Shown in pieces: positions 1 to 9,865 of a DNA stretch of 64,000 bases. Source of the stretch: Candidatus Eiseniibacteriota bacterium (GTDB lineage: Bacteria > Arandabacterota > Arandabacteria > Arandabacterales > Arandabacteraceae); the NCBI GenBank assembly GCA_043810925.1, contig JBDRNT010000104.1:14242-78241 (forward strand). Direction: 5' to 3'. Under the pieces are notes generated by a model. It saw only the letters and a list, made by a program, of their open reading frames with translations. It had not been told where the DNA came from and made no database searches. Numbering within the stretch: position 1 is the first letter of the stretch; each line of letters begins with the position of its first letter. Both the position numbers and the translations under genes were made by a program.

Positions 1-627
1 GAGGCGCTTACCGAGGCCTTCAGCCGGGGAGACGATATCCATACGAGCACTGCATGTTTCATATTCAAGGTCGACCCTCCGGCGGTCACCACGGCCATGA
101 GGTCTATCGCGAAGAGCGTGAATTTCGGCATCGTCTACGGTATGGGAGTGCAGGGGCTTGCGAGGGCCGCGGGCTTAAGCCTTGAGGAGGCCGAGGGTTT
201 CCTTGCGGAGCACAGGCGGAATTACCCGGGGGTGTATGCCTACATCGACGGGATGCTTAAGACGGCACGCGAGAACGGTTATGTCGAGACTATCCTGGGA
301 CGGAAACGGTTCCTTCCCAACCTCGCAAGCAGCGAGCCATCACTCAGATCCGCGGCCGAGAGGATGGCGGTCAACACACCGGTCCAGGGATCGGCGGCCG
401 ACATAATCAAGGTGGCCATGCTCGGTGTATGTGACGAGATCGAAACGCGACGGCTCGAAGGCGGTATCGTGATACAGGTTCACGATGAGATCCTCATCGA
501 TTGCCCCGAAACCGAGCGGGAGCAGTTCGAGGAAATTCTTTCTGACAGGATGAGTGGCGCTTATATTCTCCGGGTACCACTGAAGGTTGACGTAAGCAGC
601 GGGCGGAACTGGTATGAAGCGCACTGA
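1..627 (+). CDS. polA: DNA polymerase I, C-terminal polymerase domain (5' end outside window)
   Basis: Frame is open from base 1 to the stop at 625-627. Translation carries family-A polymerase motifs RSIAKSVNFGIVYGM and VIQVHDEILIDC. Confidence 0.93.
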   Translation, partial: EALTEAFSRGDDIHTSTACFIFKVDPPAVTTAMRSIAKSVNFGIVYGMGVQGLARAAGLSLEEAEGFLAEHRRNYPGVYAYIDGMLKTARENGYVETILGRKRFLPNLASSEPSLRSAAERMAVNTPVQGSAADIIKVAMLGVCDEIETRRLEGGIVIQVHDEILIDCPETEREQFEEILSDRMSGAYILRVPLKVDVSSGRNWYEAH

Positions 628-1237
628 CAAGAAGAACATTGTCGTCGGCGTCAGCGGTATCATGGGCTCAGGAAAGACAACGGTCGCAAGGGTCTTTGAA
701 GAGTTGGGGGCCAGGCGGATTGATGCGGATGAGATCGGAAAGGAGCTCCTCAAGGAGCCCGGTATCCGCGAGGCACTAATCAATGCTTTCGGTGATGGTG
801 TCAAAGGCACCCGAGGCGGCATTGATACGGCGAGGCTCGCGGCTGCCGCCTTCAAGACGGAGAAACACGTGAGGATGCTCAATGAAATAACCCGGGATGC
901 GCTGATTTCGCGTATCAAAACGAAGATCGAACAGTTTGCCGATGCCGCCGATATCACCGTGGTGGATGCGGCGCTTCTGCCCGAGTGGGACTCCAAGGAG
1001 TGGCTTGATGTTCTCATTGTGGTCGATTCGTGCGAGGACGCCTCTGTTCGCCGCTCGTGTTCTGATTCCCGGTTCAAGCCGGCAAACGTGCGGGCACGGA
1101 TGAAGCACCAGTTCTCACGCCGGGAGAAAACGGATTGTGCTGACATTATAATACCGAACTACGGATCCCTGGAGGACCTGCGGGAAAGGGCCGCCAAGGT
1201 CTTCTCGACCCTGATGGGGATCGCACGAAAGGGGTGA
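614..1237 (+). CDS. coaE: dephospho-CoA kinase
   Basis: 207 aa with N-terminal P-loop GVSGIMGSGKTTV followed by IDADEIGKELL, typical of CoaE. Overlaps the polA end by 14 nt. Confidence 0.88.
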   Translation: MKRTDKKNIVVGVSGIMGSGKTTVARVFEELGARRIDADEIGKELLKEPGIREALINAFGDGVKGTRGGIDTARLAAAAFKTEKHVRMLNEITRDALISRIKTKIEQFADAADITVVDAALLPEWDSKEWLDVLIVVDSCEDASVRRSCSDSRFKPANVRARMKHQFSRREKTDCADIIIPNYGSLEDLRERAAKVFSTLMGIARKG

Positions 1238-1244
1238 TTCAACA

Positions 1245-2355
1245 ATGTTGCAGCAGGAACGGGAGCACCTGGCAGATCTCAAGGAGAGAATCGAAATGCT
1301 GGGTGCGCATCTTTGACGTAACGTCAAAGATGAAGAGGATACATAACCTCGAAGTCGAGATGGCAAAGTCGGAGTTCTGGCAGGACTCCCAGAAGGCCAA
1401 GGCTGTAATGCAGGAGGCCTCCTCCCACAGGAACGACGTAGAACGGTGGCAGAACTTCCAGAAGGAGCTGACGGACCTTGAGGACCTGATCGGTCTGTGT
1501 GACGAAGCACAGGACTCCGATCTATCGGCCGACATAGCCGAATCCCTAGTTGATCTGACAAGGGAAGTGGAGGCGATGGAGATGGAGTCGCTCATGGCCG
1601 GCGCGGATGACGAGAAGGATGCAATCCTTGCGATCCATCCCGGAGCCGGTGGAACCGAATCCCAGGATTGGGCACAGATGCTGATGCGTATGTATGTGCG
1701 GTGGGCGGAGCGACATGGCTTCGAAACCAATGTGATGGACATACTTGCCGGTGAGGAAGCGGGTATCAAGAGCGCGACCATAGAGATGAAAGGCCGGTAT
1801 GCCTACGGATACCTCAAGGCGGAAACCGGTGTTCACAGACTGGTGCGTATATCCCCGTTCGATGCTAATCACAGGCGGCATACTTCGTTTGCCTCGGTGT
1901 TCGTGTATTCCGTCGCGGATGAAGATCTTGAGGTTGAGATAAGCGAGTCCGACCTGAGGGTGGACACCTACAGGGCAAGCGGGGCGGGAGGCCAGCACGT
2001 GAACAAGACCGATTCTGCGGTGCGGATCACGCACGTGCCGACCAAGATAGTGGTACAGTGTCAGAGCGAGCGGTCGCAGCGCCGTAACAGGGAAAACGCG
2101 ATGAAGATTCTCAAGGCAAAACTCCATGCCCACCACCTCGAGGAGGAGAAGAAGAAAATGGAGGAGATCGAAAAGAATAAGATGGAGATTGCCTGGGGAA
2201 GTCAAATACGGTCTTATATACTCCAGCCTTATACACTTGTTAAGGACCATCGGACCGGTGTCGAGACGGGCAATGTCGTCAACGTACTCGACGGAGGCAT
2301 AGATGAGTTCATAGATAAGTTCTTGAGATCCTTGGAACGGGAACCAAAGGGGTAA
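1245..2355 (+). CDS. prfB: peptide chain release factor 2 (two frames joined by programmed +1 frameshift)
   Basis: ATG 1245 opens 23 codons (MLQQEREHLADLKERIEMLGAHL) that end at in-frame TGA 1314-1316. The +1 frame continues to 2355 and carries RF2 motifs SPF (RISPFDANHRRHTSF) and GGQ (SGAGGQHVNKTDSAV). Confidence 0.9.
1311..1317 (+). promoter_or_regulatory. programmed +1 ribosomal frameshift site CTT TGA C of prfB
   Basis: Exact CTT TGA C heptamer lies at the junction of the short frame-0 ORF and the long +1 RF2 frame. Confidence 0.85.
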
Positions 2356-2360
2356 GAGGG

Positions 2361-3833
2361 ATGAGACCACTAATTGAACAGAGGATCGCGAAACTTGAAG
2401 AGATCGCCCGGCGGGGGGCGAGTCCCTATCCCTACAGTTTCGAGGTCAGCCATCACTCCGCCGAGATCACAGAAAGGTTTGAGGACCTCTCCGCAAGCAA
2501 CGAGAAAGTCTCCGTCGCCGGGAGGCTTATGTCAATGCGACCTCACGGTAAGTCCGCCTTTGGCCATCTCAGGGATCTGCCCGGCGACATTCAGGTCTAC
2601 TTCAAGTTCGATGACCTCGGCAAAGAGAAATTCGAGTTTCTGGATCTCATTGACATCGGAGACACCGTAGGGGTTGTGGGCACGGTCTTTAAGACCCGGA
2701 CCGGGGAGATAACAATAAGGGTGAGCGACTACGAGTTGCTTGCCAAATCGATAAGACCCCTGCCGGAAAAATGGCACGGTCTGAAAGACAGGGAGACAAG
2801 GTACCGGCAGCGCTATGTGGACCTTTCCTTCAATCTGGAGATCCGGGAGCTCTTTCGCAAGCGAACGTCGATCATACGATCCATGCGGGCCTTTCTTGAT
2901 GAGAGAGGCTTTATCGAGGTCGAGACCCCGGTGCTCCAACCACTCTACGGTGGTGGAAACGCCGAACCCTTTACAACCCATCACAGCGCGCTGGATATGA
3001 AGCTCTATCTGCGGATCGCCGATGAGCTCTATCTCAAGAGGTTGCTTGTGGGCGGGCTCGAAAAGGTTTACGAGTTATCAAAGGACTTCCGAAATGAGGG
3101 GATTGATAGAACCCATAGCCCCGAGTTCACACAGCTTGAGATCTATCAAGCTTACACAGACTACCACGGCATGATGGATCTCTTTGAAGGGATGCTGGAG
3201 AGGGTCTGTCTCGACCTCCAGGGTAGTACCCGGTTCACCTACCAGGGACAGAAGGTTGACTTCAAGCGGCCGTGGAGAAGGATAAGCATTGAGGCAGCGC
3301 TCAAGGAATACGCCGGTGTCGATCTTGCCACGGTCACAGATGATGCTCTGCGCGAGGCCTGTTCGGAGATAGGGGATCAAGACTGGGCCGCAATGCCGCG
3401 TGGGGCATTGATAGACGAGATAGTCGGCCACTTTGTGGAGCCCAGACTCGTGGAGCCCACGCTGCTCTATGACTACCCCGTGGAGACGTCACCCCTGGCC
3501 AAGATATCGAGAAAGGACCGGAGGTTTGCCGAGAGATTCGAGCCCTTCGCATTCGGCATGGAGCTGGGCAATGCCTTCTCGGAGCTCAATGACCCGCTCG
3601 ACCAGCGCAACCGATTCGAGAGTCAGCGTGAGACCGGCCAGGCCGAGGGGCAGGAGATCGACCTTGACTTCATTCGCGCCCTTGAATACGGTATGCCGCC
3701 CGCCGGAGGACTGGGCGTGGGAGTAGACCGTCTGGTGATGCTCCTGACCGACAGCCATTCGATAAGAGATGTGATTCTGTTTCAGCAGATGAGGCATGAG
3801 GCCGATCTGGAAGAGGAATTCGATGGGATATAG
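2361..3833 (+). CDS. lysS: lysine--tRNA ligase (class II)
   Basis: 490 aa. Has an OB-type N-domain and class II motifs FRNEGIDRTHSPEFTQLEIYQAY and PPAGGLGVGVDRLVMLLT. Follows prfB, a common arrangement. Confidence 0.93.
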   Translation: MRPLIEQRIAKLEEIARRGASPYPYSFEVSHHSAEITERFEDLSASNEKVSVAGRLMSMRPHGKSAFGHLRDLPGDIQVYFKFDDLGKEKFEFLDLIDIGDTVGVVGTVFKTRTGEITIRVSDYELLAKSIRPLPEKWHGLKDRETRYRQRYVDLSFNLEIRELFRKRTSIIRSMRAFLDERGFIEVETPVLQPLYGGGNAEPFTTHHSALDMKLYLRIADELYLKRLLVGGLEKVYELSKDFRNEGIDRTHSPEFTQLEIYQAYTDYHGMMDLFEGMLERVCLDLQGSTRFTYQGQKVDFKRPWRRISIEAALKEYAGVDLATVTDDALREACSEIGDQDWAAMPRGALIDEIVGHFVEPRLVEPTLLYDYPVETSPLAKISRKDRRFAERFEPFAFGMELGNAFSELNDPLDQRNRFESQRETGQAEGQEIDLDFIRALEYGMPPAGGLGVGVDRLVMLLTDSHSIRDVILFQQMRHEADLEEEFDGI

Positions 3834-5046
3834 CCTTCTTGTCGCCAGGAAGTACATCGGTGCAGGCAGGAGAAGCGCGTTTATAACCGCTATCACGGTG
3901 ATATCCGTCGCCGGCGTTGCCCTGGGGGTGCTCGCGCTCATCATCGTTCTCGCAGTGATGAACGGCTTTGAAAGCGAGGTGATCGATCGGATCATAGGCA
4001 CCAATGCCCACGTCATCGTCCGGAACCATGCGGGCATAGAGGACTTCGAGGAGGTGGCGAAGAGGCTGCGCGGGATGCCCAGGGTGACCGGTGTGTCGCC
4101 CTTTGTCTTCTCGAAGGCCATGGTGATCTCGCGGGAGGCTACGGATGCGCTCTTTGTCAGGGGCATTGATCTTGAGCGCGAAGCCGAGGTCACGGATATC
4201 TCGAGCTATATCCGGCCGGCTGGCTTTGAGTTCGCGCGGGCGGGGACCGATGTTCCTGAGATCGTGATCGGCAAGGAAGTCGCCTATAGCCTCAAGACGG
4301 CGATCGGAGACACGCTTCTGCTTGCAAGGGGAGACATACAGGAGGGTTCACCGTTTGGAATCGAGCCACTGTTCAAGCGGTTCGTTGTTGCGGGCTACTT
4401 CGACTCGGGCATGTATGATTACGATGCATCCTTCGGGTTCATAGGCCTTGAGGATGCCCAGGCTTTCTATGCGTTGGATGAGAGGGTGTCCGGACTGAGT
4501 GTCCGGATTGAAGATATGTACGAAGCGCCGGCCATAGGCCAGGCGATCTCGCTTCTCCTGGGAAACGGCTATGTGGTCAGTGACTGGATCCATCTCAACA
4601 GGAACCTCTTTACCTGGATGAAAATGGAGAAGAAGGTGATGTTCATAATCCTCAACCTGATAATCCTGGTGGCGGCCTTCAATATCGCCAGCACGCTGAT
4701 CATGGTGGTCATGCAGCGAACCAGGGACATAGGCATACTCAAGTCGATGGGTGCCACGTCGAAGGCCGTGATGCGCATTTTCATGCTCCAGGGGTTGATC
4801 ATCGGTGTGATCGGGACCGCGTTCGGCACTGCGGGAGGTATCATCCTGGCTCGCATTCTCGATAGATACGAACTCATAAAACTCCCCGGCGATGTCTATT
4901 TCATAGAGACGGTACCGGTTCTACTTCGTGCGGCCGACATATCCGCGGTCGCGGCGGTTGCAGTGCTGGTATGTTTTGCGGCCACGCTCTACCCGGCATG
5001 GCAGGCCGCCCGGTTGGTTCCGGTGGAGGCGATAAGGTATGAATGA
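3823..5046 (+). CDS. lipoprotein-releasing ABC transporter permease (LolC/LolE family, FtsX/MacB-type)
   Basis: N-terminal TM (ITAITVISVAGVALGVLALIIVLAVMNGFE), a large periplasmic loop and three C-terminal TMs. Start taken at ATG 3823 (MGYSLLVARKY); the ORF-track start 3796 is the alternative. Confidence 0.85.
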   Translation: MGYSLLVARKYIGAGRRSAFITAITVISVAGVALGVLALIIVLAVMNGFESEVIDRIIGTNAHVIVRNHAGIEDFEEVAKRLRGMPRVTGVSPFVFSKAMVISREATDALFVRGIDLEREAEVTDISSYIRPAGFEFARAGTDVPEIVIGKEVAYSLKTAIGDTLLLARGDIQEGSPFGIEPLFKRFVVAGYFDSGMYDYDASFGFIGLEDAQAFYALDERVSGLSVRIEDMYEAPAIGQAISLLLGNGYVVSDWIHLNRNLFTWMKMEKKVMFIILNLIILVAAFNIASTLIMVVMQRTRDIGILKSMGATSKAVMRIFMLQGLIIGVIGTAFGTAGGIILARILDRYELIKLPGDVYFIETVPVLLRAADISAVAAVAVLVCFAATLYPAWQAARLVPVEAIRYE

Positions 5047-5740
5047 GTCACACGGGGAGATCGTGCTGGAGGGCCGGGAAATAACCAAGTCCTACGTCTC
5101 CGGCTCGGAGACCCTCCATGTACTCAAGGGTGCGAACATCACGATTCACAAGGGTGAGATCGTTGCCATCATCGGCCCTTCAGGAATCGGTAAGAGCACG
5201 CTTCTTCATATGCTCGGAGCCCTCGACAGGCCGGATTCAGGGAGCGTTATCGTCAACGGGGTTGATGTGTTCTCGCTTAAGGATGATGAGATCGCCGGAT
5301 TGAGGAACAGGGCGTTCGGCTTTGTATTCCAGTTCCACCACCTCCTGCCGGAGCTTACGGCGGCCGAGAACGTGATGATGCCCTGTGTGATAGCCGGCAT
5401 GGACGTCTCCGAGGCCGAGGCAAGGGCCGAGCAGGTCCTGAGCGAGGAAGTGGGGCTTAAGACCGGACTCACGCATCGTCCGAGGGAACTCTCAGGGGGT
5501 GAACAGCAGAGGGTCGCCGTGGCCAGGGCCCTGGTGATGAACCCTTCGGTGGTTCTTGCCGATGAGCCCTCGGGCAATCTCGATCCGGAGAGCAGTGAGT
5601 TACTTCACCAGTTGATCTGGAAACTCAGGGACCGTCACGGCCAGAGTTACGTTGTTGTAACCCATAACATCGAACTGGCAAGGAAGGCCGACCGCGTATT
5701 AAAACTATTTGACGGCGTCGTCCAGGACGTTAAGATATAG
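5039..5740 (+). CDS. lolD: lipoprotein-releasing ABC transporter ATP-binding protein
   Basis: Walker A GPSGIGKST, ABC signature LSGGEQQRV, Walker B VVLADEP. Overlaps the permease gene by 8 nt. Confidence 0.85.
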   Translation: MNESHGEIVLEGREITKSYVSGSETLHVLKGANITIHKGEIVAIIGPSGIGKSTLLHMLGALDRPDSGSVIVNGVDVFSLKDDEIAGLRNRAFGFVFQFHHLLPELTAAENVMMPCVIAGMDVSEAEARAEQVLSEEVGLKTGLTHRPRELSGGEQQRVAVARALVMNPSVVLADEPSGNLDPESSELLHQLIWKLRDRHGQSYVVVTHNIELARKADRVLKLFDGVVQDVKI

Positions 5741-5763
5741 TTGGGTAACGGAGGAGAATTAGG

Positions 5764-6261
5764 ATGCTATGTGACAACTGTGGCAAGGATCCTGCAAAGA
5801 TCCACTACAAGGAAGTCAAGGACAACGAGGTGACCGAGTTTCACCTCTGTGAGAAGTGTGCCATGGAAAAGGGAATCCAGGTGCCGCATAAGAAGCAGCC
5901 GTTCTCCATATCGAATATCTTTGCCGGGATGGCGGAGGAGGCCGTTTCAGGCCTTGAAAGCTGCAAGGGGTGTGGTTTGAGTTACAAGGAGTTCCGTGAC
6001 ACCGGCAGACTCGGGTGCTCCGAGTGCTACCAGGCATTCAGGGAGCAGCTGAAGCCGCTTTTGAGGAGAATTCACGGCTCCAATGCCCACATCGGCAAGA
6101 GCCCCCGGATGAGCCAGGGCGTCTATGAGAAGAGACGGGAAATAGAGGATCTCAAGGTTCAGCTGGGTCTGGCAATCGAGACCGAGGACTTCGAGAAGGC
6201 TGCGGAGTTACGTGACAGGATAAAGGAACTCGAGACGGAGCCGGAGGACATCTCATCATGA
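5764..6261 (+). CDS. mcsA: protein arginine kinase activator McsA-like (UvrB/UvrC-motif protein)
   Basis: 165 aa. Two Cys pairs x2 (CDNCG..CEKC and CKGCG..CSECY) and a C-terminal UVR motif FEKAAELRDRIKELE. Overlaps mcsB by 4 nt. Confidence 0.8.
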   Translation: MLCDNCGKDPAKIHYKEVKDNEVTEFHLCEKCAMEKGIQVPHKKQPFSISNIFAGMAEEAVSGLESCKGCGLSYKEFRDTGRLGCSECYQAFREQLKPLLRRIHGSNAHIGKSPRMSQGVYEKRREIEDLKVQLGLAIETEDFEKAAELRDRIKELETEPEDISS

Positions 6262-7331
6262 CGATCGAGCAGATGGCGGAAATTGCGAGCCCCTGGCTTG
6301 ACGGCCAGGACAACCATGCTGAATCGGTGGTCAGCAGCAGGGTCCGTCTTGCACGAAATCTATCCGGTGTTCCTTTTTCGCACAGGGCACGGTCCGAGGA
6401 CCTCGAACGCGCCCTCTCGATGGGCAGACAGGCCCTGTGTGGGTCAAACACGCTCAGGACAGGCACGTTCATGCTTATGAGCGAGCTCGATGAGCTCGAT
6501 CGGCAGTTTCTTGTCGAACGTCACTTGATAAGCCAGGAGCATTCCGAGAAGTCGTCCGCGCGGGCGGTAATCGTCGGTGACCGTGAGATGATAAGCGCGA
6601 TGGTCAATGAGGAGGATCATCTGAGACTGCAGTCGATACAAGCGGGCTTTCAGGTGATGGAAGCCTGGAGACTGGTCGACAGACTGGACGGTGAGATCGA
6701 TCAGAGTCTCGATTACGCCTTCTCGTATGAGTGGGGCTATCTCTCCGCCTGCCCGACCAATACAGGCACGGGGCTTCGAGCATCCATGCTTGTTCATCTT
6801 CCTGCGCTCGTGCTGACCGGCCAGATAGACAAGATTATTCACAGCATAAGCCAGATGGGCCTTGCTGTCAGAGGTTTTTATGGTGAGGGCAGTGATGTGA
6901 TGGGCAATCTATTCCAGGTGTCCAACAGGACCGCCCTGGGCACCTCAGAGATCGATATCATACAGAGTCTCGAGAAGGTCGTCACCCAGGTACTTGATTA
7001 TGAGGCACGGGCACGCGAGATTCTGCTAAGGGATGCACGCTCTCAGATCGAAGATAAGGTATGGAGGGCATATGGCATTCTGAAGTACTGTAGGAGGGTG
7101 ACATCAAAGGATGTGATGTCATTTGTCTCCGCAGTAAGGCTGGGGCTGTGCCTGAAGATGACTGACAACATATCCGTGGCCGGATTGAACAGGATGACTT
7201 TTATGAGCCAACCTGCCCACCTGCAGAAGCGTTTCGGAAAGGAGATGGGACCGACCGAGCGCGATGCAGTCAGAGCCGAGATGGTGAGAGGCATTCTGGC
7301 GGAAGAAGAAGCCAGAGCCAGTGCTGGGTAG
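6258..7331 (+). CDS. mcsB: protein arginine kinase (ATP:guanido phosphotransferase)
   Basis: 357 aa. Phosphagen-kinase catalytic-domain motifs EEDHLRLQS and SACPTNTGTGLRAS. Confidence 0.88.
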   Translation: MTIEQMAEIASPWLDGQDNHAESVVSSRVRLARNLSGVPFSHRARSEDLERALSMGRQALCGSNTLRTGTFMLMSELDELDRQFLVERHLISQEHSEKSSARAVIVGDREMISAMVNEEDHLRLQSIQAGFQVMEAWRLVDRLDGEIDQSLDYAFSYEWGYLSACPTNTGTGLRASMLVHLPALVLTGQIDKIIHSISQMGLAVRGFYGEGSDVMGNLFQVSNRTALGTSEIDIIQSLEKVVTQVLDYEARAREILLRDARSQIEDKVWRAYGILKYCRRVTSKDVMSFVSAVRLGLCLKMTDNISVAGLNRMTFMSQPAHLQKRFGKEMGPTERDAVRAEMVRGILAEEEARASAG

Positions 7332-7357
7332 GTAGCTCTTGCAAGGGAGACAATCTG

Positions 7358-9865
7358 ATGCAGGACAAGTTCACTGACAGAGTGAGACGTGTGATGTTCC
7401 TGGCTAGGGAAGAAGCGGCAAGACTTCATCACGACTATATCGGGACGGAGCACTTGCTTCTCGGAATAATCAGGGAGGGTGAGGGATTGGCCGCAACGAT
7501 TCTTACGAATCTCGGCCTGGACCTCGACGTGATCAGGCGGACAATTGAGAACATGGTGCCCGCCTCGAGCGGGAGCGTGACCATCGGCGAGATTCCGTTC
7601 ACACCCAGGGCCAAGCATGTTCTCGAGCTTTCGGTCGACGAGGCGAAACTGCTGGGTCACAGCTACGTCGGAACGGAGCATTTGCTGCTGGGTCTGATCA
7701 GAGAAGGTGATGGGATAGCGGCAAGGGTGCTGGTGGAGTTCGGTGCCGACAAGCGGCGTGTCAGGGAAGAGACGTTGAGGCTGCTTGGGAATACAAGCCG
7801 CGGCCAGAAGGGCAAGCACGAAGCAAAGACCGAGACGCCTGCACTCGATCAGTTCGGTAGGGATCTGACCGAGCTTGCGAGACAGGGAAAGCTGGATCCT
7901 GTGATCGGACGTGAGGTGGAAATTGAGCGCGTGGTGCAGGTGTTATGCCGGCGTAAGAAGAACAACCCGGTCATGATCGGTGAGCCGGGCGTCGGAAAGA
8001 CAGCGATCGTAGAGAGCCTCGCAACAAAGATCGTTGAAAGCAAGGTCCCCGAGATTCTCAGGCACATGAGAGTCGTGGCGCTCGATCTCGCTGCAATCGT
8101 TGCCGGTACCAAGTACAGGGGACAGTTCGAGGAGCGACTCAAATCGATCATAAACGAGATACGGGATTCACATAGCATCATCATTTTCATAGACGAGCTG
8201 CACACCATCGTCGGTGCGGGCGGGGCGGAGGGCGCTATAGATGCGTCCAATATGCTTAAACCCGCCCTCGCAAGGGGAGAACTCCAGTGCATCGGAGCGA
8301 CCACACTTGATGAATACCGCAAGCACATCGAGAAGGACGGTGCTCTTGAGAGACGCTTCCAGCCGATAATGGTCTCCCCGCCGACGGTTGAGGAGACCAT
8401 AGAGATAATCAAAGGTCTGCGTGACAAGTACGAGGCGCATCACCGCGTCCGCATCACCGACGGAGCGATCATTGAAGCAGCGCGGCTTTCCGACAGGTAT
8501 GTCAAGGACAGGTATCTGCCGGATAAGGCAATCGACGTAATCGACGAGGCCGGTGCGAGAGCCAGGCTGTCCGTTTCGGCAATACCGCCTGATATCAGGG
8601 AGATGGAAAAGAAGATCGACAAACTCGTCTCCGAAAAAGAGAGCTTCATAAGAAAGCAAGACTTCGAGAATGCGGCGCGTATCCGGGACAGGGAACGGGA
8701 ACTCCGGGCGAAACTGGAAGAGATAAAAGGTAACTGGAAACAGGCCGCCGACGGTGCAGACGTTGGGGTCGATGCGGATGACGTGGCGTATATCGTCTCA
8801 CGTATGACCGGTATACCTATGATGAAACTTGAGGAAGAGGAATCCAAGAAGCTCCTGAGGATGGAGGATGAGCTGCGTAAGCGGATCATCGGACAGGATG
8901 TGGCCCTTACAGCGGTATCAAAGGCGACCCGAAGAGGAAGGGCCGGGCTTAAGGACCCGAGACGGCCCATCGGTTCGTTCTTCTTCCTGGGCCCGACCGG
9001 TGTTGGTAAGACGGAGCTGGCACGGGCGCTTGCGGAATTCCTGTTCGGCGACGAAAACTCGATGGTCAGGATCGATATGTCGGAGTACATGGAGAAATTC
9101 GCCGTATCGCGTCTCGTCGGTGCACCTCCCGGCTATGTCGGCTATGAAGAGGGGGGCCAGCTCACCGAGAAGGTGAGGAGGAGGCCTTATTCAGTGGTAC
9201 TTCTTGACGAGATTGAGAAGGCGCATCCCGACGTCTTTAACATATTGCTCCAGGTGCTGGAGGACGGGCAGCTTACGGACAGTTTCGGAAGGGTTGTTGA
9301 CTTCAAGAACTGTGTTGTGATAATGACATCGAATGTGGGAACGAGACGCATCAAGGGAGGTACGTCACTCGGGTTCCAGCGGGAAGACGCCGAAGACACA
9401 CACGGACGGATGAGGGACAAGGTCCTTGATGAACTGAAGCGGACCTTCAATCCCGAGTTCCTCAACCGCGTTGACGAGATCATCGTCTTCCACTCGCTCG
9501 GCATACCCGAGATAGAGAAGATCGTCGAAATCCTGCTGAAGGAGGTCGAAGGCCGGCTGTCCAACTATGGACTCTCACTGGTCATGACCCCCGAGGCAAA
9601 ACAGCTTCTGATCGAGAAAGGGTACGATCCTGCGCTCGGGGCCAGACCGCTGAGAAGGACGATACAGAGGCTGCTCGAAGACCCGCTCGCCGAGGAAATG
9701 TTGCGGGGTACCTACAAAGCTGGTACCCTGATCAAGGCGTGCAGGAAAAAGGACGTACTGAGCTTCGATTGCAGATCAACGGACAAAAAGGAAAAGGTGT
9801 CCTGCACCAAGTCTAAGGAGAAGGAGCTTGAAAAGAAGGAGCTTGGAGAGAAGGAGCTCCAGTAG
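7358..9865 (+). CDS. clpC: ATP-dependent Clp protease ATP-binding subunit ClpC
   Basis: 835 aa. Duplicated Clp_N repeats ([15 protein letters not shown] / [15 protein letters not shown]), two AAA+ P-loops ([18 protein letters not shown]), and a UVR linker [20 protein letters not shown]. Has a K/E-rich C-terminal tail. Confidence 0.95.
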   Translation: MQDKFTDRVRRVMFLAREEAARLHHDYIGTEHLLLGIIREGEGLAATILTNLGLDLDVIRRTIENMVPASSGSVTIGEIPFTPRAKHVLELSVDEAKLLGHSYVGTEHLLLGLIREGDGIAARVLVEFGADKRRVREETLRLLGNTSRGQKGKHEAKTETPALDQFGRDLTELARQGKLDPVIGREVEIERVVQVLCRRKKNNPVMIGEPGVGKTAIVESLATKIVESKVPEILRHMRVVALDLAAIVAGTKYRGQFEERLKSIINEIRDSHSIIIFIDELHTIVGAGGAEGAIDASNMLKPALARGELQCIGATTLDEYRKHIEKDGALERRFQPIMVSPPTVEETIEIIKGLRDKYEAHHRVRITDGAIIEAARLSDRYVKDRYLPDKAIDVIDEAGARARLSVSAIPPDIREMEKKIDKLVSEKESFIRKQDFENAARIRDRERELRAKLEEIKGNWKQAADGADVGVDADDVAYIVSRMTGIPMMKLEEEESKKLLRMEDELRKRIIGQDVALTAVSKATRRGRAGLKDPRRPIGSFFFLGPTGVGKTELARALAEFLFGDENSMVRIDMSEYMEKFAVSRLVGAPPGYVGYEEGGQLTEKVRRRPYSVVLLDEIEKAHPDVFNILLQVLEDGQLTDSFGRVVDFKNCVVIMTSNVGTRRIKGGTSLGFQREDAEDTHGRMRDKVLDELKRTFNPEFLNRVDEIIVFHSLGIPEIEKIVEILLKEVEGRLSNYGLSLVMTPEAKQLLIEKGYDPALGARPLRRTIQRLLEDPLAEEMLRGTYKAGTLIKACRKKDVLSFDCRSTDKKEKVSCTKSKEKELEKKELGEKELQ
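9821..9865 (+). repeat. three tandem 15-bp units (AAGGAGCTTGAAAAG / AAGGAGCTTGGAGAG / AAGGAGCTCCAGTAG) at the clpC 3' end
   Basis: Read directly from the sequence. An extra AAGGAG sits at 9815-9820. The units encode the [14 protein letters not shown] tail and supply four SD-like AAGGAG copies ahead of bamA. Confidence 0.8.
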
